64,000 nt of DNA from Basidiobolus meristosporus CBS 931.73. Its lineage: Eukaryota > Fungi > Basidiobolomycota. Of the stretch, positions 47,350 through 60,067 are shown one piece after another. The stretch spans positions 33,725 to 97,724 of the forward strand of contig MCFE01000310.1 in the NCBI GenBank assembly GCA_002104905.1, written 5' to 3'. The notes below the pieces were generated by a model. That model saw nothing but the letters and a program-made list of their open reading frames with translations. It made no database searches and was not told the origin of the DNA. Each line of letters begins with the position of its first letter. Position 1 is the first letter of the stretch. The translations under genes were made by a program, and so were the position numbers.

Positions 47350-48340
47350 TTCCGAATCCCATCCGTATAACTATAACTATCCATACCTGTATATTTATTA
47401 AACCCATCTCCATCTTACGAAGGTAACTATATAGAACCAATAAAAAGCTCGTTACTTGGCTGAAAAGGTCGCTTTGGATTTCATGTAAGTTGTTGCGTCA
47501 CAATAAAGGAATTAAGAAGTGCCATCTTTACTTGTGGATTTGCATTGTGTTTGAAAGAGAAAGCAAACCAATATTATTGTTACCAGAAGTGCTTATCCGC
47601 GACTCAAAAGAATAGCTAAAGTAAAATCATGGCTTGCGATTTACTAGGTACCACATTAGCTATATACACACACATCGATCCTACTTTCTAAAGCTTGGGA
47701 AAGGTAGCTGCTACCACGTGTTTTGTTGGATAGTAAAGATATCCTATGAAAATAGCATACTTGGATTTCATATGGTATTCTGATAGTGTTCCACTGGTAT
47801 TTTCAGCCAATTTTTCAAGCGTAAATATCTCAGGAGTCAGTAAGCTGGCTATTGCCATATTTGGTGTGAAGACTACTCAGGCACAACACTTACTAGGATC
47901 TATGTCTACTTGACCTCAAAAGGACTAGAAATTCTGATATTGAAAGCTGTGACTAAAAGGAAAAATGGATTCTGCTGGTCCTTTGCAAGTTTTTTTCATA
48001 GGGATATCTATGCACTTGCTCTGCCACTGTCCTGAACAAAGTGCTCCACACCCATGTTCTTGTGTGAAAAGCTGGATTCTTGGCCAACTAACGGTAATTT
48101 TAGTCATATCTGGTTCAGCCCCATACTGTAAGGCTGTATGCAATTTAATGGTGAAATTACTAACGACACTCCATTTGCATGTGTAGAGACAGGAATCTGC
48201 ATTTACATGAGGTTACATAAGCATGTTGAATTTGACACTCTCAAGGGTTTAATGTCTAATACGCTTGATTGTTGGTGATATATTCATTTATTAATTAATG
48301 TTTTTGAGTGGCTCAAGGTGAACCGTTTGGAAGCTTGTAA

Positions 48341-51233
48341 CTATAATTCATCATGGTCTGGCTGTTTTGTTTCAGCTGCAGGCACCGAGGTTGTCTCTGC
48401 CTCCTTGGGTTGTTCGGAGGCGGACGGCGCATCAGTGACAATTGAAGGTGTGGTATAAGAGTCGGACTCGCTTTCGGGGTTAGGTGTAGTGGACTCGGTA
48501 GCGGTGCTGGTAGTGGCAGTGGTGGTGGTTGACTTCTGAGCTTGTCTCTTGGCAATTTCTACCTTGTGAACGAGCCCAATCAAACTCAAGTGGAATTCCT
48601 GGTTTTTGGCCTCTAGATCCTTCACAAGTACAACAGGGTTTTCGTACAGAGGAATCTTGGACTGGGCTTCGATTTGGCCATTTAACCATTTCTCGGTCTC
48701 GTCACCTATCTCCAAGATGTTCTTCAACAATTTGTCAAGAGTTGGAGATTCGATATCCGTCATGTTGGCACGAGTGCCTTCCACGTAATCTCTGGCATAT
48801 TGCATAGAGTCTTGAATGGTTTTGATCAACTCCCCACGCTTGCTAAACTCCTTTTGTCTGTTCTGGATAGGTTTGTACAAACCATCAAGAGTGCCGTATT
48901 GCTCTTGGAAGTCCTTGGTAGTACCGCTCTCTTCATTCTCCCATAGCCACTCCGAGGCTTCACTGACTGCTTTCTGAAGCTGTTCACGCTGCTCCTCAGT
49001 ACTGACCTTCAAGACCAACTCCTTCTCGAGAAATCAGGGACAGAGTAAATGAATGATTCGAGCTTGTTTCTGGATTCCTCACGTGCTCTTCTAATAGCAT
49101 CCTCATCGTCCATGACCTTGATTCTTGCGATGGCTGCTTGTTTGGCATCGGTATCCATTGGCTTTACACCCAGGTTTTCGACTTTCATGCGGAGTTGAAT
49201 CTTTTCAACCTTGGGCCCCTCCTCAGCGGTTTGATTGAATTGGGTACCATTTTCCTTAGAGGCGATGTTATCAGGGTTCACGGTCTTATCGTTGCTAGCT
49301 TTCTCATCGGCCTCCTTGGTCTCCTCAGATGCTTCTCCCTTGATGAATGAAAGCATACGATCCTTCAGGGACGCTTTCTTTTGCTCCTCGGTCAGGTTGG
49401 TGCTGGTTTCAACGGTAGCGACAGCTTTGAGGATCGAAAGAGTACCAGATTTGTTGACTCTTAGCGATACTTGTACCTTTGGCTGGTTGACCGCAACCTC
49501 ATCGAATGCCTTAAGTCCTTCGGTGAGCCCTTCCACATGAACTCTGGCGATTTCTTTGGGACCAAAGCCGTGCTCATACTCCTCCTTCAACTTACCGTAT
49601 TGCACTTCGAATTGGAAATCGCTGGTGCGCTTGAAATTCATGATCTTCTTGACATTGAGCGGTGAGAACTCTTTGAATAATGTGGTTTGAATTTGTTTGG
49701 TATTTTGATTGCCATTCTTGGGCTCGGAGTAGTAGGTGACATCCACAGGGAAGGTGGTGATGTCGTTTAGACGGATCTCCCGGACTTTGAACTGGCGGCT
49801 GGTTCCAGCTCCACGGAAGGCAGCACCCAGAACTGCCGCTTCGTCACCGTTGACATTCTTAGCAATCTTGTTATCTCCAATATAATCCTTCAGAATCGAT
49901 TGGATTCTCGGGATGCGTACACTGCCGCCAACAAGCACTAGGGAACTAATGTCGGACTTTGATAGACCAGCTTGGTTTAGAACAGAGGCAATTGGGTTGG
50001 TGACACGAGCGAACAAGTCGTCGGAGATGGTTTCGAACTTGGCTCTGGCAACATGGGTACGGAAGTCGTGTTCCTCGAATAGATTTTCCACTGATGCGAT
50101 AGTCTCGGTGTTGGCACTAAGAATTTGCTTCACACGCGCCGCCTCCTTCAATAATCTAGCCATCGCTTTACCAGAGTCGCGAATGTTGCTTTTGACTTTG
50201 GATCCCATCTTGTTAATAAACTCATCGGCCAAATGCTCCTGTAGCTTGTAGTCAAATTGATGTCCACCAAGAGTGCGATCGTAACCTACGGCCTTGACTT
50301 CGACTTGAGTGATGGATTTGTTGTATTTCCCAACATCCTTAACGGAAATGGTTTTAAACTCCATAAGACTGGCAACAGTGCTACCAGCACCCATGTCGTA
50401 GAAGATGTGGTATTCGGGCTCCTCAGTAAAGGTTCTGGACATGGCGTAATTCAAGGCAACTAGACACGAATGAGTGAGGATGGACCTTCATGATTGATTG
50501 CGAAATGGGCATTACCTGCACTCTCGTCGTTAATGATCTCGAGAACGTTCAAGCCGGCAATACCCGCAGCGTCCAATAATGCCTGTCTCTCGAAAGTGTT
50601 GAAAAATGGAGGTACCTAAATGTGAAGCTCGGGTTAATCTCTGATTGCTTGTGTTCGCTCTATTGGTACTTTGGGACTTACGGTGAGGATCGTGTCTTTG
50701 ATCTTCTCCTGTGCGGTATCTTCGGCAAGTTCTTTGGCGTGTCTGAGCTGCATGGCGATTAACTCCTCTACTGAATAAAGGCTGCCGTCATCATGCTTGA
50801 AGCTGGCCGTTCCTCTAACAGGATCTTGACCATAGTGTTCATGAAAGTGTTACGGTAGTTTTGGCAGATATCGTCGTCATACAAACGACCGACCAGGTTT
50901 TTGAGTGCAGGATATGTGAGCTTGGGGAAGCGAGTTCCCTACATTCACTGGATTAGGCTGAAGATACAATAGTGGGGGAAACAATAGTTAAAGTACCAAG
51001 TTTAGGCCGTCGACACCGTAAATTCTTTCGTTGTTTCTAATGGCGACCACGGATTGGATCTTTCTCTTTGAATCTCTACCAAGAACGACGTCGATAGGAG
51101 TGCCGGTTTTCACCAAACCGACCTTAAACCATTCAGTTCCGTAATCTATGGAGATGATAGCAGCGGAAATCGGCTGCATAAATGCGGCAAGCGCCAACAA
51201 CGCCGTTGTTAAAGTGACCTGTTTGAAACCCAT
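48341..51233 (-). CDS. LHS1: ER Hsp70-family nucleotide exchange factor Lhs1/Grp170 (HYOU1), with a 1-nt frameshift at ~49030
   Basis: Signal peptide, ISIDYGTEWFKV, IFYDMGAGSTVA, LVGGSVRIPRIQ, NVNGDEAAVLGA, and C-terminal HDEL*. Confidence 0.94.
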
Positions 51234-52386
51234 GTCCAACGAAATCACTAGTTATCACCGGCTGCTAAACGAGGGGAGAGAAATAGGTCTTTCGAGCTCT
51301 TGCGTTGACTTGAGAAAACTCGACGGTTCGAAAATACGTTGTGAAGGGAAAAGAAATTTTCTGGTTAATAAAGGTAAATATCCTTACAACGATGACTGAG
51401 GAACAGAGTACACCATATTCATGCTATAAGAATTGACCAGTCATAGATCGACAAATCACAAGATTCTCTGGAAAACCGTATGCCTCTGCTACGTCCTGTA
51501 ATTGCCTTAATTAACCGCCAATCATTTCTGGTAAATTCCATCATACAACCTTAATTAACTAACCATATTCGGCATCAAATCATTTTGCTACACATCCTAT
51601 CATCAGTCATCGAACTGATTTCCTGGTTAAACTAGCGCTTAATTTTATGGAACTTTAATCAGAATACAAATACTAATCCGGAATTGGAGACTGTCTTTTC
51701 TTATTAGTCGGGATTTTGAGCAACACTGCACCATGCGGAAATCAACCCAGATTCCTCAACCGCGCTCATTAACATCCCAACCAAACTCCCCTACACACCT
51801 CGCAACAGTCCAACGGTTGTAATATTTGATTTTTGCTGGACCAAATCAATCAACCGGCCATACCAGATCTTCAGATGCTTAGCCGATAGGCTCAAACTCG
51901 ATGGAACGTAGCATCTCAGTAGATCCTCATCACCCCCACAGCAAGACTCGGCTGTAGTGTAATGATTTTGGAAGTCTGTGTCGCACAATCAATTACATTC
52001 ACTTGCACATATTATCTGCAGAGCCTCTTGTTTGACTGATTCGCATCTACGCCTATGCAATAGCAGTGAGAAGCTTGATGGGGATGCAGGGAAAATCATT
52101 GGTGTTCGAGGAATGAACCCAAATTCAGTACGACCCGGCTGTCATGATGGAGCGGGCAACGTGGGTTAGAAATGAGTTTATTCCTCGAATGTTAATTTAC
52201 AAGATCGAAATATAGACAGACTGGAGTTGTGACCTCGACAACCGTGATAGTAAAATAAACAGTGGGGATAACGTATAAATCACATAACGGGTATATCATG
52301 AATTTGGGTATGGAATCGGAATCGGAATCAAAAAAATACACAGAAGGCAAAAAAATCTAATCGAGAAATCTATACAGTGACGTTGT

Positions 52387-53766
52387 CTACTCGAGGTCGT
52401 CCGAGAAACATTGGAAGAATGAACTCTTTCCTGGCTCTAACTGGTCCGTGACGGGCAGACTGTAGGCGCTGGATTGGGAAAGGCAGTTCTCCGATGCTGA
52501 ATCGTTGTAGTAAAGATTCATCTCCGGCTCACTGTTAAACCCAGAATTGAGCAGATGGTAGTTTTGGAACTGGTTGTTTCCAAACATCATGTCTGCATTA
52601 CCCGGCTTCGATGGCGTCCAACTCATACCAGTATCGCAGAAAACTGGCTCAATCATGTTCGATGCGCATGGGGTGTTCAACCCGTAGTCACTTGGCATAC
52701 TATTTCCTAAGAGGTCAAGTATAGCATTGGGATCGCAACCCGAGTAGAATGTGTTGTCCGTCTCCGTAAAAGTATTGCTGGGCGTTAACAGCTGTTCGTT
52801 ATAGAGGGATTGGGGTGTGTCTACAAGCTCAGGAGTAAAGAGATTGGCTTGAGGGGTAACGTTGTTGGCACTTGAAGAGTTCATGGCAAAGTAATCCCTA
52901 TTCTGGTTGGGCGTCCTGGATTGCTCCGTAGCCTGGATAGGGGTACGAGGGAGTTGGACTATCCGGGTATAAGGCATAACTTTGGCGCGCGTTGCGCTGC
53001 CACAGCCGATACTTCTCTTTTTGTTGGAGATGCGGTATGTGGATTTTTGGCCTCTAAACGTGTCCACCGCCTTTTCGGCCTTTTTGGAACTCTTCGCGGA
53101 TTCTTCGGATACCTTCTTCTGTATATCGTCTGATCTGCCTGGCGTACTTTCATTCTTGATGTTGCCTTCCTTGGATTCTGAGGAGTCCTCCTTGTCTTGT
53201 TTTTTATCAAGATCGTAACCCTTTGGGATATCCAGCTGCCCGTGCTTGAAAAACTGCTTGTAGTCCTCTTTGACTATCCAATAGCTTCCTTTCCCCGGAG
53301 TCCCCTTTTCTTTGGGTAATTGGTCAAATGCACGATGAAGAGAGAGGTTATGACGGATAGAGTTCTATGAGGATTCGAGTCAATCATCGTGTAGGCCATC
53401 TGATAAACAGAAAGAATACCTTACCTGCCATTGCTTACTGCAGTATTGATAGTATGTATAGTGTTTTTTGATATATGCGTATATGTCTTGAAGCAACAAG
53501 CGCTGGTCTGGCGAGTTCAAGATTGCTTGGGCGATAAGGGAGGCGTAGGTGAAATCAGGCTCGAGAACCAACCCTTTCGGGGTAAAAGCGTAGTTTCCCT
53601 GAGGATTGTGTGCGTGGAATGGAACTTGGTAGGGAAGAATCTCGGTTGCTGGGGTACAGGGAAGACTAGAGAACGAGCAATCGGAGGAAACCGACGACTC
53701 TCTTGAATAGCTAGGTAGCGACATGACCTCATGCGCGAAACCCATGTATTCTGGAAACTGTTGCAT
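52387..53766 (-). CDS. Forkhead (winged-helix) transcription factor, 2 exons
   Basis: EPDFTYASLIAQAILNSPDQRLLLQDIYAYI...WQ|NSIRHNLSLHRAF...PGKGSYW. Confidence 0.92.
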
Positions 53767-55801
53767 CTTTCAAGTGCGGTGAAGAGCTTTTGAAGAAGGA
53801 TATGCGAAAGGGCAATATTTGGGATGGGAATGGACACAGGAGACACAAGCCAGCTAAGTCTTTACTATTTTGTAAACACAAGAATCACCAGGACTAACAG
53901 AAGCAATGGACGCTTTTGTTGTGGTAATAATATTTATATATCACCTGAGTTTTGACCGCCTCACCACAGGGGGCTCCCCCGGTAGAATCAGAATCGAGAA
54001 TTATTGAATTTACTAATGTAGGTGGCAAGACAGGAATCTGTCTGGAAGTCGCCCAGAAATTGTGGATTCAGGAGAATTTACTCAATCATTTGACCACGAA
54101 TGTTCAGCATCAGCCAGCCAATCACTGAGCCCTATAGGTCTTGGGTCTTTAGTTCGAGACATCAATCCATATAATGATTTATATATATCTTGCGACTTTA
54201 AAAATATGTACATCCCTTCCCTTTCAACCAACTCTTCACTCAGGGATTATTGGGGAGTTCGCATCGATTAAGTGAATCGGAGGCTGTGGGATGGGATGTT
54301 CCCAAAACTTGAAAAACAGTAAACAAGCCGCTGGCCAATCGTCGAAATGTCAACAATGCTGGGCCAGTCATCATCGATGCTGACTGGATGCTCGTGATAA
54401 TTGGAGCATGACTCCCATTGATTTGCCAATCATTTATATTGATCTTGGGTTAGGTGATTGAGCGCAGTTTTGCCGGCCAGGAAGCCCACATATACTACCT
54501 GGGGATTCAAACCTCCGGTAATCATTACGTTAGTCATCAGCATAAAAGCCATTGTTGTCCGGTTTCGGAAATTTTTCTGGTTGCTCGATAATTCTCCGCT
54601 TTATTGGCTGAGACGACGGTTGTTTATACGAGGAGGCTTTTCCATACGATAAAGTGAAACGGCCATCGATATTGATCCGACTAGTTGCGTTCAATCAACG
54701 TTGCTTGATTCTTCATTTTTGAGGGGCAGTCCGGCACCCATAGTTGCCAGGTCTCGAACAAGATCGGAGCATGGTGGGTGGTCGGATCGGCACCATTGCC
54801 CATTCAGATAGCCTTTTGGTACTTGGGACCAAGTCTTCCCAGTCGGAGGTAGAGATTGTGGATGGGCAATGCACGACTATCGGATTTTCTATTTGACCAA
54901 CTCCAGTGGATCATGTAACCAAATATCCCTCCTGAGTTCTCTTACGGAGGGTACATTTTCCCTATCACACTGAGGTTACGCAAGATCAGAGTTCTGATTT
55001 GTACAATAGATTCTCTTGGGATTTCTATAAGCGTTACGTCACGAAGGAGTATCGGTGGGCAGGTGGGTCTAAGTCACCGAAATTAATCCAACACCGACTT
55101 AATACAATGGTCCCTGGCGAGCTTAAAAATAGTTTTCCTGACAACCAAACCAAAGAGGGACGTGTATTGCAATAAACTTAATTCAATCTTGTGACCCCTG
55201 GATCCAGAGTCACCTACACACATAGATATATGTTACTAAGCTTATCCCTCAACCATGTTCTATTCATTGTGTGCTAGAGCATCGCTGCGGTCTCTTTCGT
55301 ACATACCACTTGCTTATTACCTTATTTTGTGGGTATTTCAAAAGAGTATGTATTGAGCGGCCCAGGGCATTGTTTTGGTATTCACGGACTCAACGTTTAG
55401 ATAATTGCACGAAAATTGCGAGTTGTGCTAATGATGCAGCCCACGCATTTATTAATCTATGGCGTGAAGGTAGTCTTTGTTATATTCATTATTGCTAAAT
55501 TAGCACCATGGTTAAGCGATTTAAGACTACATATATAATATTCTTATTCACTAAAGCATACATGCAAGAGTTGGCATCTTTTAGACAAGCTTGCAAATCA
55601 CATCCAAACAATATCTGCTATCTAGCTGAAATTATTATATAGCCCTGATATTAGGTTTGGGCTGGAAATAGTTTGGCATGTGATGCTGCAAGTTTTGGAA
55701 CTGCACCTAAATGTGCCTCTGCTGAAGAGTTGGATGTACCAAACCATCATGACTGAAAGGTGAATATAAATATGAAAATGATGCTGAAGGAAGTAAGCTA
55801 A

Positions 55802-56148
55802 TGTTGTAAGAGTCTTGGACATATTGGAAGTGATTTGGGAACAAGAGGATTATATGGTTTCCACTTAATGATTAATGAATGTAAAAGTAGTATTTATACA
55901 TTTACATGCTCTAGGCATAACAAGCACCCAGAATATGTGTAGAAAGGTCTCAAGAATATGTGTGCAAGGTTTGGGGCTGTTTGAGCAACTTATCTAATTT
56001 TCATGTTCTGGGTACCTGATGTTTTGGTGAGAATATTCCAAGTAAATACCAACAAGGAATTTAGTCAGTATTCTCTAAGATTTGTAGGTAAAGATCTGAG
56101 TGGCAAAGTTGGGTGAATATTTAGGTATAATTATGAGCTTCTATAACA
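55802..56148 (-). mobile_element. Copia-family LTR copy A (3' LTR, ~347 bp)
   Basis: TG...CA ends (minus strand TGTTATAG...CTTACAACA), homologous to copies B-D, with a PPT (GCTGAGTGGGAG) at 56149-56160. Confidence 0.8.
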
Positions 56149-56189
56149 CTCCCACTCAGCTAACCCTAAAGCTCAACCATCTTGAAAGA

Positions 56190-56881
56190 GCTTGGTGCCA
56201 TATGAGGGCTTAGAAGTCAGCAGTCTCATGTATATCATGCTTGTAACATGTCCAGATATCTCATATTCAATATGTATTGTCAGCCAACAAAATTAGAACT
56301 ATGGATCTGATCATATTGCAGCAGTTAAGCAGATTTTTATACACTTAGAGGAGCTACTGATATTCACTTAAGGTACACCTATAGTATCTGGAACAGGATC
56401 TTGTTGGATACCCTAATGCAGATTGGGGACAAAACTTAGATATCAGAAGAGTCACAATAGGTTACATTGTTTTTAGTGCAATGGAGCAATTCAATGGAAT
56501 TTAAGGAAGCAACCTACAGTGACACTTTCTATCACAGAGGAAGAGTGTATGGCAGCAAGTGAAGCTGCAAAAGAAGCTATGTTGCAAGAAAGCTTTTTAA
56601 AGACTTGGAATATGTCAAAAAGCATCAACTACATTATTTCAAGATAATCAAGAATGCATATAATTTGGTAGAAATCCTACTTTTCAGGCAAGAACTAAGC
56701 ACATAGATATTAGACATCACTTGGTATGTGAAGCTAGCTTGTTTAACTTAGTTAGCTTAGCTTACTGTTCCACAAATAAAATGATTGCATACATATTTAC
56801 CAGACCATTAGCTAGTGACAGATCTGAATATCTTTGATCATAATTAGAATTAGTTTATGTGTATATTTAGTTGAGCAGGAG
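56190..56881 (+). mobile_element. Degenerate Ty1/Copia RT C-terminus and RNase H, ending in a PPT
   Basis: SLMYIMLVTCPDISY, ADWG..D.RR, W..RKQPTVTLSITEEECMAASEAAKEA, DNQ, RTKHIDIRHH, with stops and frameshifts. PPT GAGCAGGAG. Confidence 0.88.
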
Positions 56882-57349
56882 GGTTGTAAGAATCTGTTAC
56901 TCCACCTAAATACTCACCTAGCATAGTCACTTATATCATCACCTACAAATCCTGGCAAATACCAATCCAATTCCCGGTTAGGATTTATTTGGTGTATTTT
57001 CACCAATATATCAGCCATCCAAAACAAGAAGCATGTCAAAGTTGTCCAAACAGCCCAAAGCTTTGCATATATGATTTTGGGGTCCTCCTAAACATATTCT
57101 ACATACTTCTACTCTCAAAACCATGCCAATGTATAAATACTATTCTTACATTCATCAAAGCATTAAGTAAAACCACACACTCTACTTGTTCTCCCAATCA
57201 CTCCCAATATCTCCAAGACTCCTACAATGGTCAAGAGCCATGATATGTTGGCATCACTACAAAGCTGACACTATGTGTAATATCTACTACAGTTATGTCT
57301 AAACTTTTCCCTCGGCTGATATGCTGGAAGGATCCAACTACCACATCTG
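56882..57349 (+). mobile_element. Copia LTR copy B (56882-57228) followed by degenerate PBS and start of gag
   Basis: LTR homologous to copy D. PBS-like GGTCAAGAGCCATG at 57229. Gag-like PSADMLEGSNYHIW (cf. PSAKKLDGCNYQVW in D) is cut by LTR C. Confidence 0.75.
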
Positions 57350-57911
57350 TGTTGTAAGAGTCTTGGAAATCTTGGAAGTAATTGGGAGAACATGTATATT
57401 ATATGGTTTTTGCTTAATGACTTATTGAATGTAAAATCATTATATATATTTTACAAGGTCTTTGTATTACAAGCATGTAGAATAGGCTTAGAAATATCCC
57501 AAGAACATGTGTGCAAAGTTTGGGCTGTTTGGACAACTTTGAGAATTTTCAGGTTCCTTGTGCCTGATGTTTTGGTGATAGTATTCTAAATTAATCCCTT
57601 CAAGGAATTTGGTCAGTATTCTCTAAGATTTGTAGGTAAAGATCTAAGTGGCTAAGTTGGGTGAGTATTTTGGTGGAACTACAAACTTTCACCACACTCC
57701 TACTCAACTAAATGCTGATACTGACTAGTCCAAATTGTGGCCTAAGATATTCAAATTTGTCTCTAGCTAATGGTTTGATAAATATGTCTGCAACCATTTT
57801 ATCTGTGGGACAGTAAACTAAGCTAACTAAGTTATTCTCTATAGCTTCACATATGAAACAGTGTCTATCATATATGTGTACTTAATACTAGCATGAGAAG
57901 TGAGATTTCAC
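57350..57911 (-). mobile_element. Inverted Copia copy C: RNase H 3' remnant, PPT and 3' LTR (57350-57696)
   Basis: Minus strand ..YCPTDKMVADIFIKPL.. then GAGTAGGAG then TGTGGTG...CTTACAACA. Confidence 0.82.
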
Positions 57912-58259
57912 TGTTGTAAAGTTTGTAATTCCACCTGAATATTCACCTAACTTAGTCACTTAGATCTTTACCTTCAAATCCTAGAGAATACTGACCAAAT
58001 TCCTTGCCAGGATATACTTACAATATTATCACCAAAATACCAGGTACCCAGAACATGAAAATTCTCAAAGTTGTCCAAACAGCCCCAAACTTTGCACACA
58101 TGCTCTTGAGACCTTTCTTAACCTATTCTACATGTTGGTAATGCCAAGACCATGTAAAAGTATAAATACTACTTTTACATTCAATAAATCAATAAATGAA
58201 AACCACATAACTACTTGTTCTCCCAAATCCCTTCCATTATCTCCAAGACTCTTATAACA

Positions 58260-58273
58260 GGTTATGAGTCCTG
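58260..58273 (+). promoter_or_regulatory. Primer-binding site complementary to the anticodon-stem half of initiator tRNA-Met
   Basis: GGTTATGAGTCCTG directly after the LTR CA. 13/14 match to the Ty5/copia-type GGTTATGAGCCCTG. Confidence 0.8.
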
Positions 58274-59391
58274 AGCTGTCACTCTCTGCAATGTCTACTA
58301 CTGCTATTATTGGAATTATTCCCTCTGCCAAGAAGTTGGATGGATGTAACTACCAAGTGTGGAAGGTGAAGATGAAGATGCTGCTACAAGAAAGAGGCCT
58401 TTGGGATATTGTCATGGGAGAAGAATGCCCTCCTAAAAATGTGGGAGAGGAAGCCTTAAAGTATCAAAAGAAAGAGCAATGTGCCTTTAACTGCATTTGC
58501 CTTAATATTAAGGACAAATTGATAATTCAATGCTCAAGAGCAAAAACAGCAAAGAATGCTTGAAAGGCTTAAGAAGACACCTACCAGTCATGTTCAGCTG
58601 CTAAGAAAATGTATCTGAGACAAAAATTCTTTACTACAAAGATGCTGCCAGGAGAAAAAATGAAAAATCTAATTAACAGAATCACCCTGCTGGTAGATGA
58701 AATGGAATCTGTGGGTGTACCAACTACTGATGAGGATGTGATTGTTACCATCCTGAATAGCCTGACAGACAGGTTTTAGGGCGTTGTATCTTCCCTAGAG
58801 CCCAGAACTGAAGATTTGACCTTAAATTACGTATATGGAAGGCTCCTGGATGAAGAATTAAGAAAATCAAGTGCCAATAAGAAGGAAGAAGAAAATGCTT
58901 TAATAAGCAATGATAACCAACAAAAGAGGTACCCAAGACCCTACAAAAGCAACAGCAACCTGTTTTGCAACTACTGCAAAAGGAAAGGACGCACATCAGA
59001 CCGGTGTCTTAAAAAGAGAGATAATCTGCATAAGAAGCCTGAATATGGAGATGTTGCAAAAACTGAAGATAGACTATTCATATCTGCACTGAATATGACC
59101 ACAAACAAGGATTCTCAGGCATAGTATATTGACTCTGGAGCATCTCAATACTTTACAAACCAAAAAGAACTTTTTACCCAATATCAAGAAGTTCCAATTA
59201 AGAAGGTTTTCATGGGTGACAATAGAACACTTGATGCAGTGGCAGAAGGAACTATCCAAGTAAACCTTAGAAGCAGTGAAGGAAGCAGTACACTGACCTT
59301 TAAAGAAGTACTCTATGTACCAGAAATAGCCAAGAACCTACTATCTGTAAGCAAGGCTACAGCAGAAGGACTTGTTTTCAACTTTGACAAA

Positions 59392-60067
59392 TGTTGTGCA
59401 TCAACATTTAAAACTTGGCCAGTTTCACTCTGTTAGAAAATCTGGTACCCTGACTGATTTTCCCTAACCCAAACATAACTAATCCCTGTTAAGGTTTATT
59501 TTATCACTTCTCAGAATCTATTTTTAGCTGTCACACCTGATCAATTTTCATGTGGTCATTACATCCTCAACTGATCTGCTAAGCCTTTCCAAGTGATTAG
59601 TCATCTGAGATTTATCCAACCACTTAGCAGTTGCCAAGACATCACTGATTAATGGTGCAATTTCTCATTTATCTTATGCACCTATCAACACCCCAGCAGA
59701 TTTCAATTAGTTCAGTCTCTTGGTGCTTACTAATGCAACTCAATTAGAAAAGTATAAATAAAGTTTACTGAACCTTTTGGTTTAGTGTGTGTCTCAACAA
59801 AATTAAGAATTCAACAAATCCATTCTAATCTCTACCCAAGCTTAGCATATTTAGCACTCTCAAGAATACCAAGCCTAGCCTGCATAGCAAACCTACTCTG
59901 TTGCCTTTATAGCCCAACTCAGCTATATATACAACCAATATTAGACTAGAACCTCTCTGCTAATATTTCTGAAACTCTTGACAATTCTAAGATTATGCAC
60001 TTAGTTGTCACTTAGGTTCAGTTAACTCATTCAAGAGTTTTATTACACTTTTCTCTTGGATACAACA
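59392..60067. mobile_element. Solo LTR of an unrelated family (676 bp) inserted in Copia D
   Basis: TGTTGTG...TACAACA termini, with flanking 5-bp ACAAA/ACAAT near-TSD. Excision restores FD(N/K)SGCRITDQNG between protease and integrase. Confidence 0.8.

Noticed and set aside
51700-55500. Short ORFs at 51791-51988, 54062-54271, 54458-54652 and 55271-55498
   Set aside because: No motifs, coherent splice models or signal peptides; treated as intergenic.
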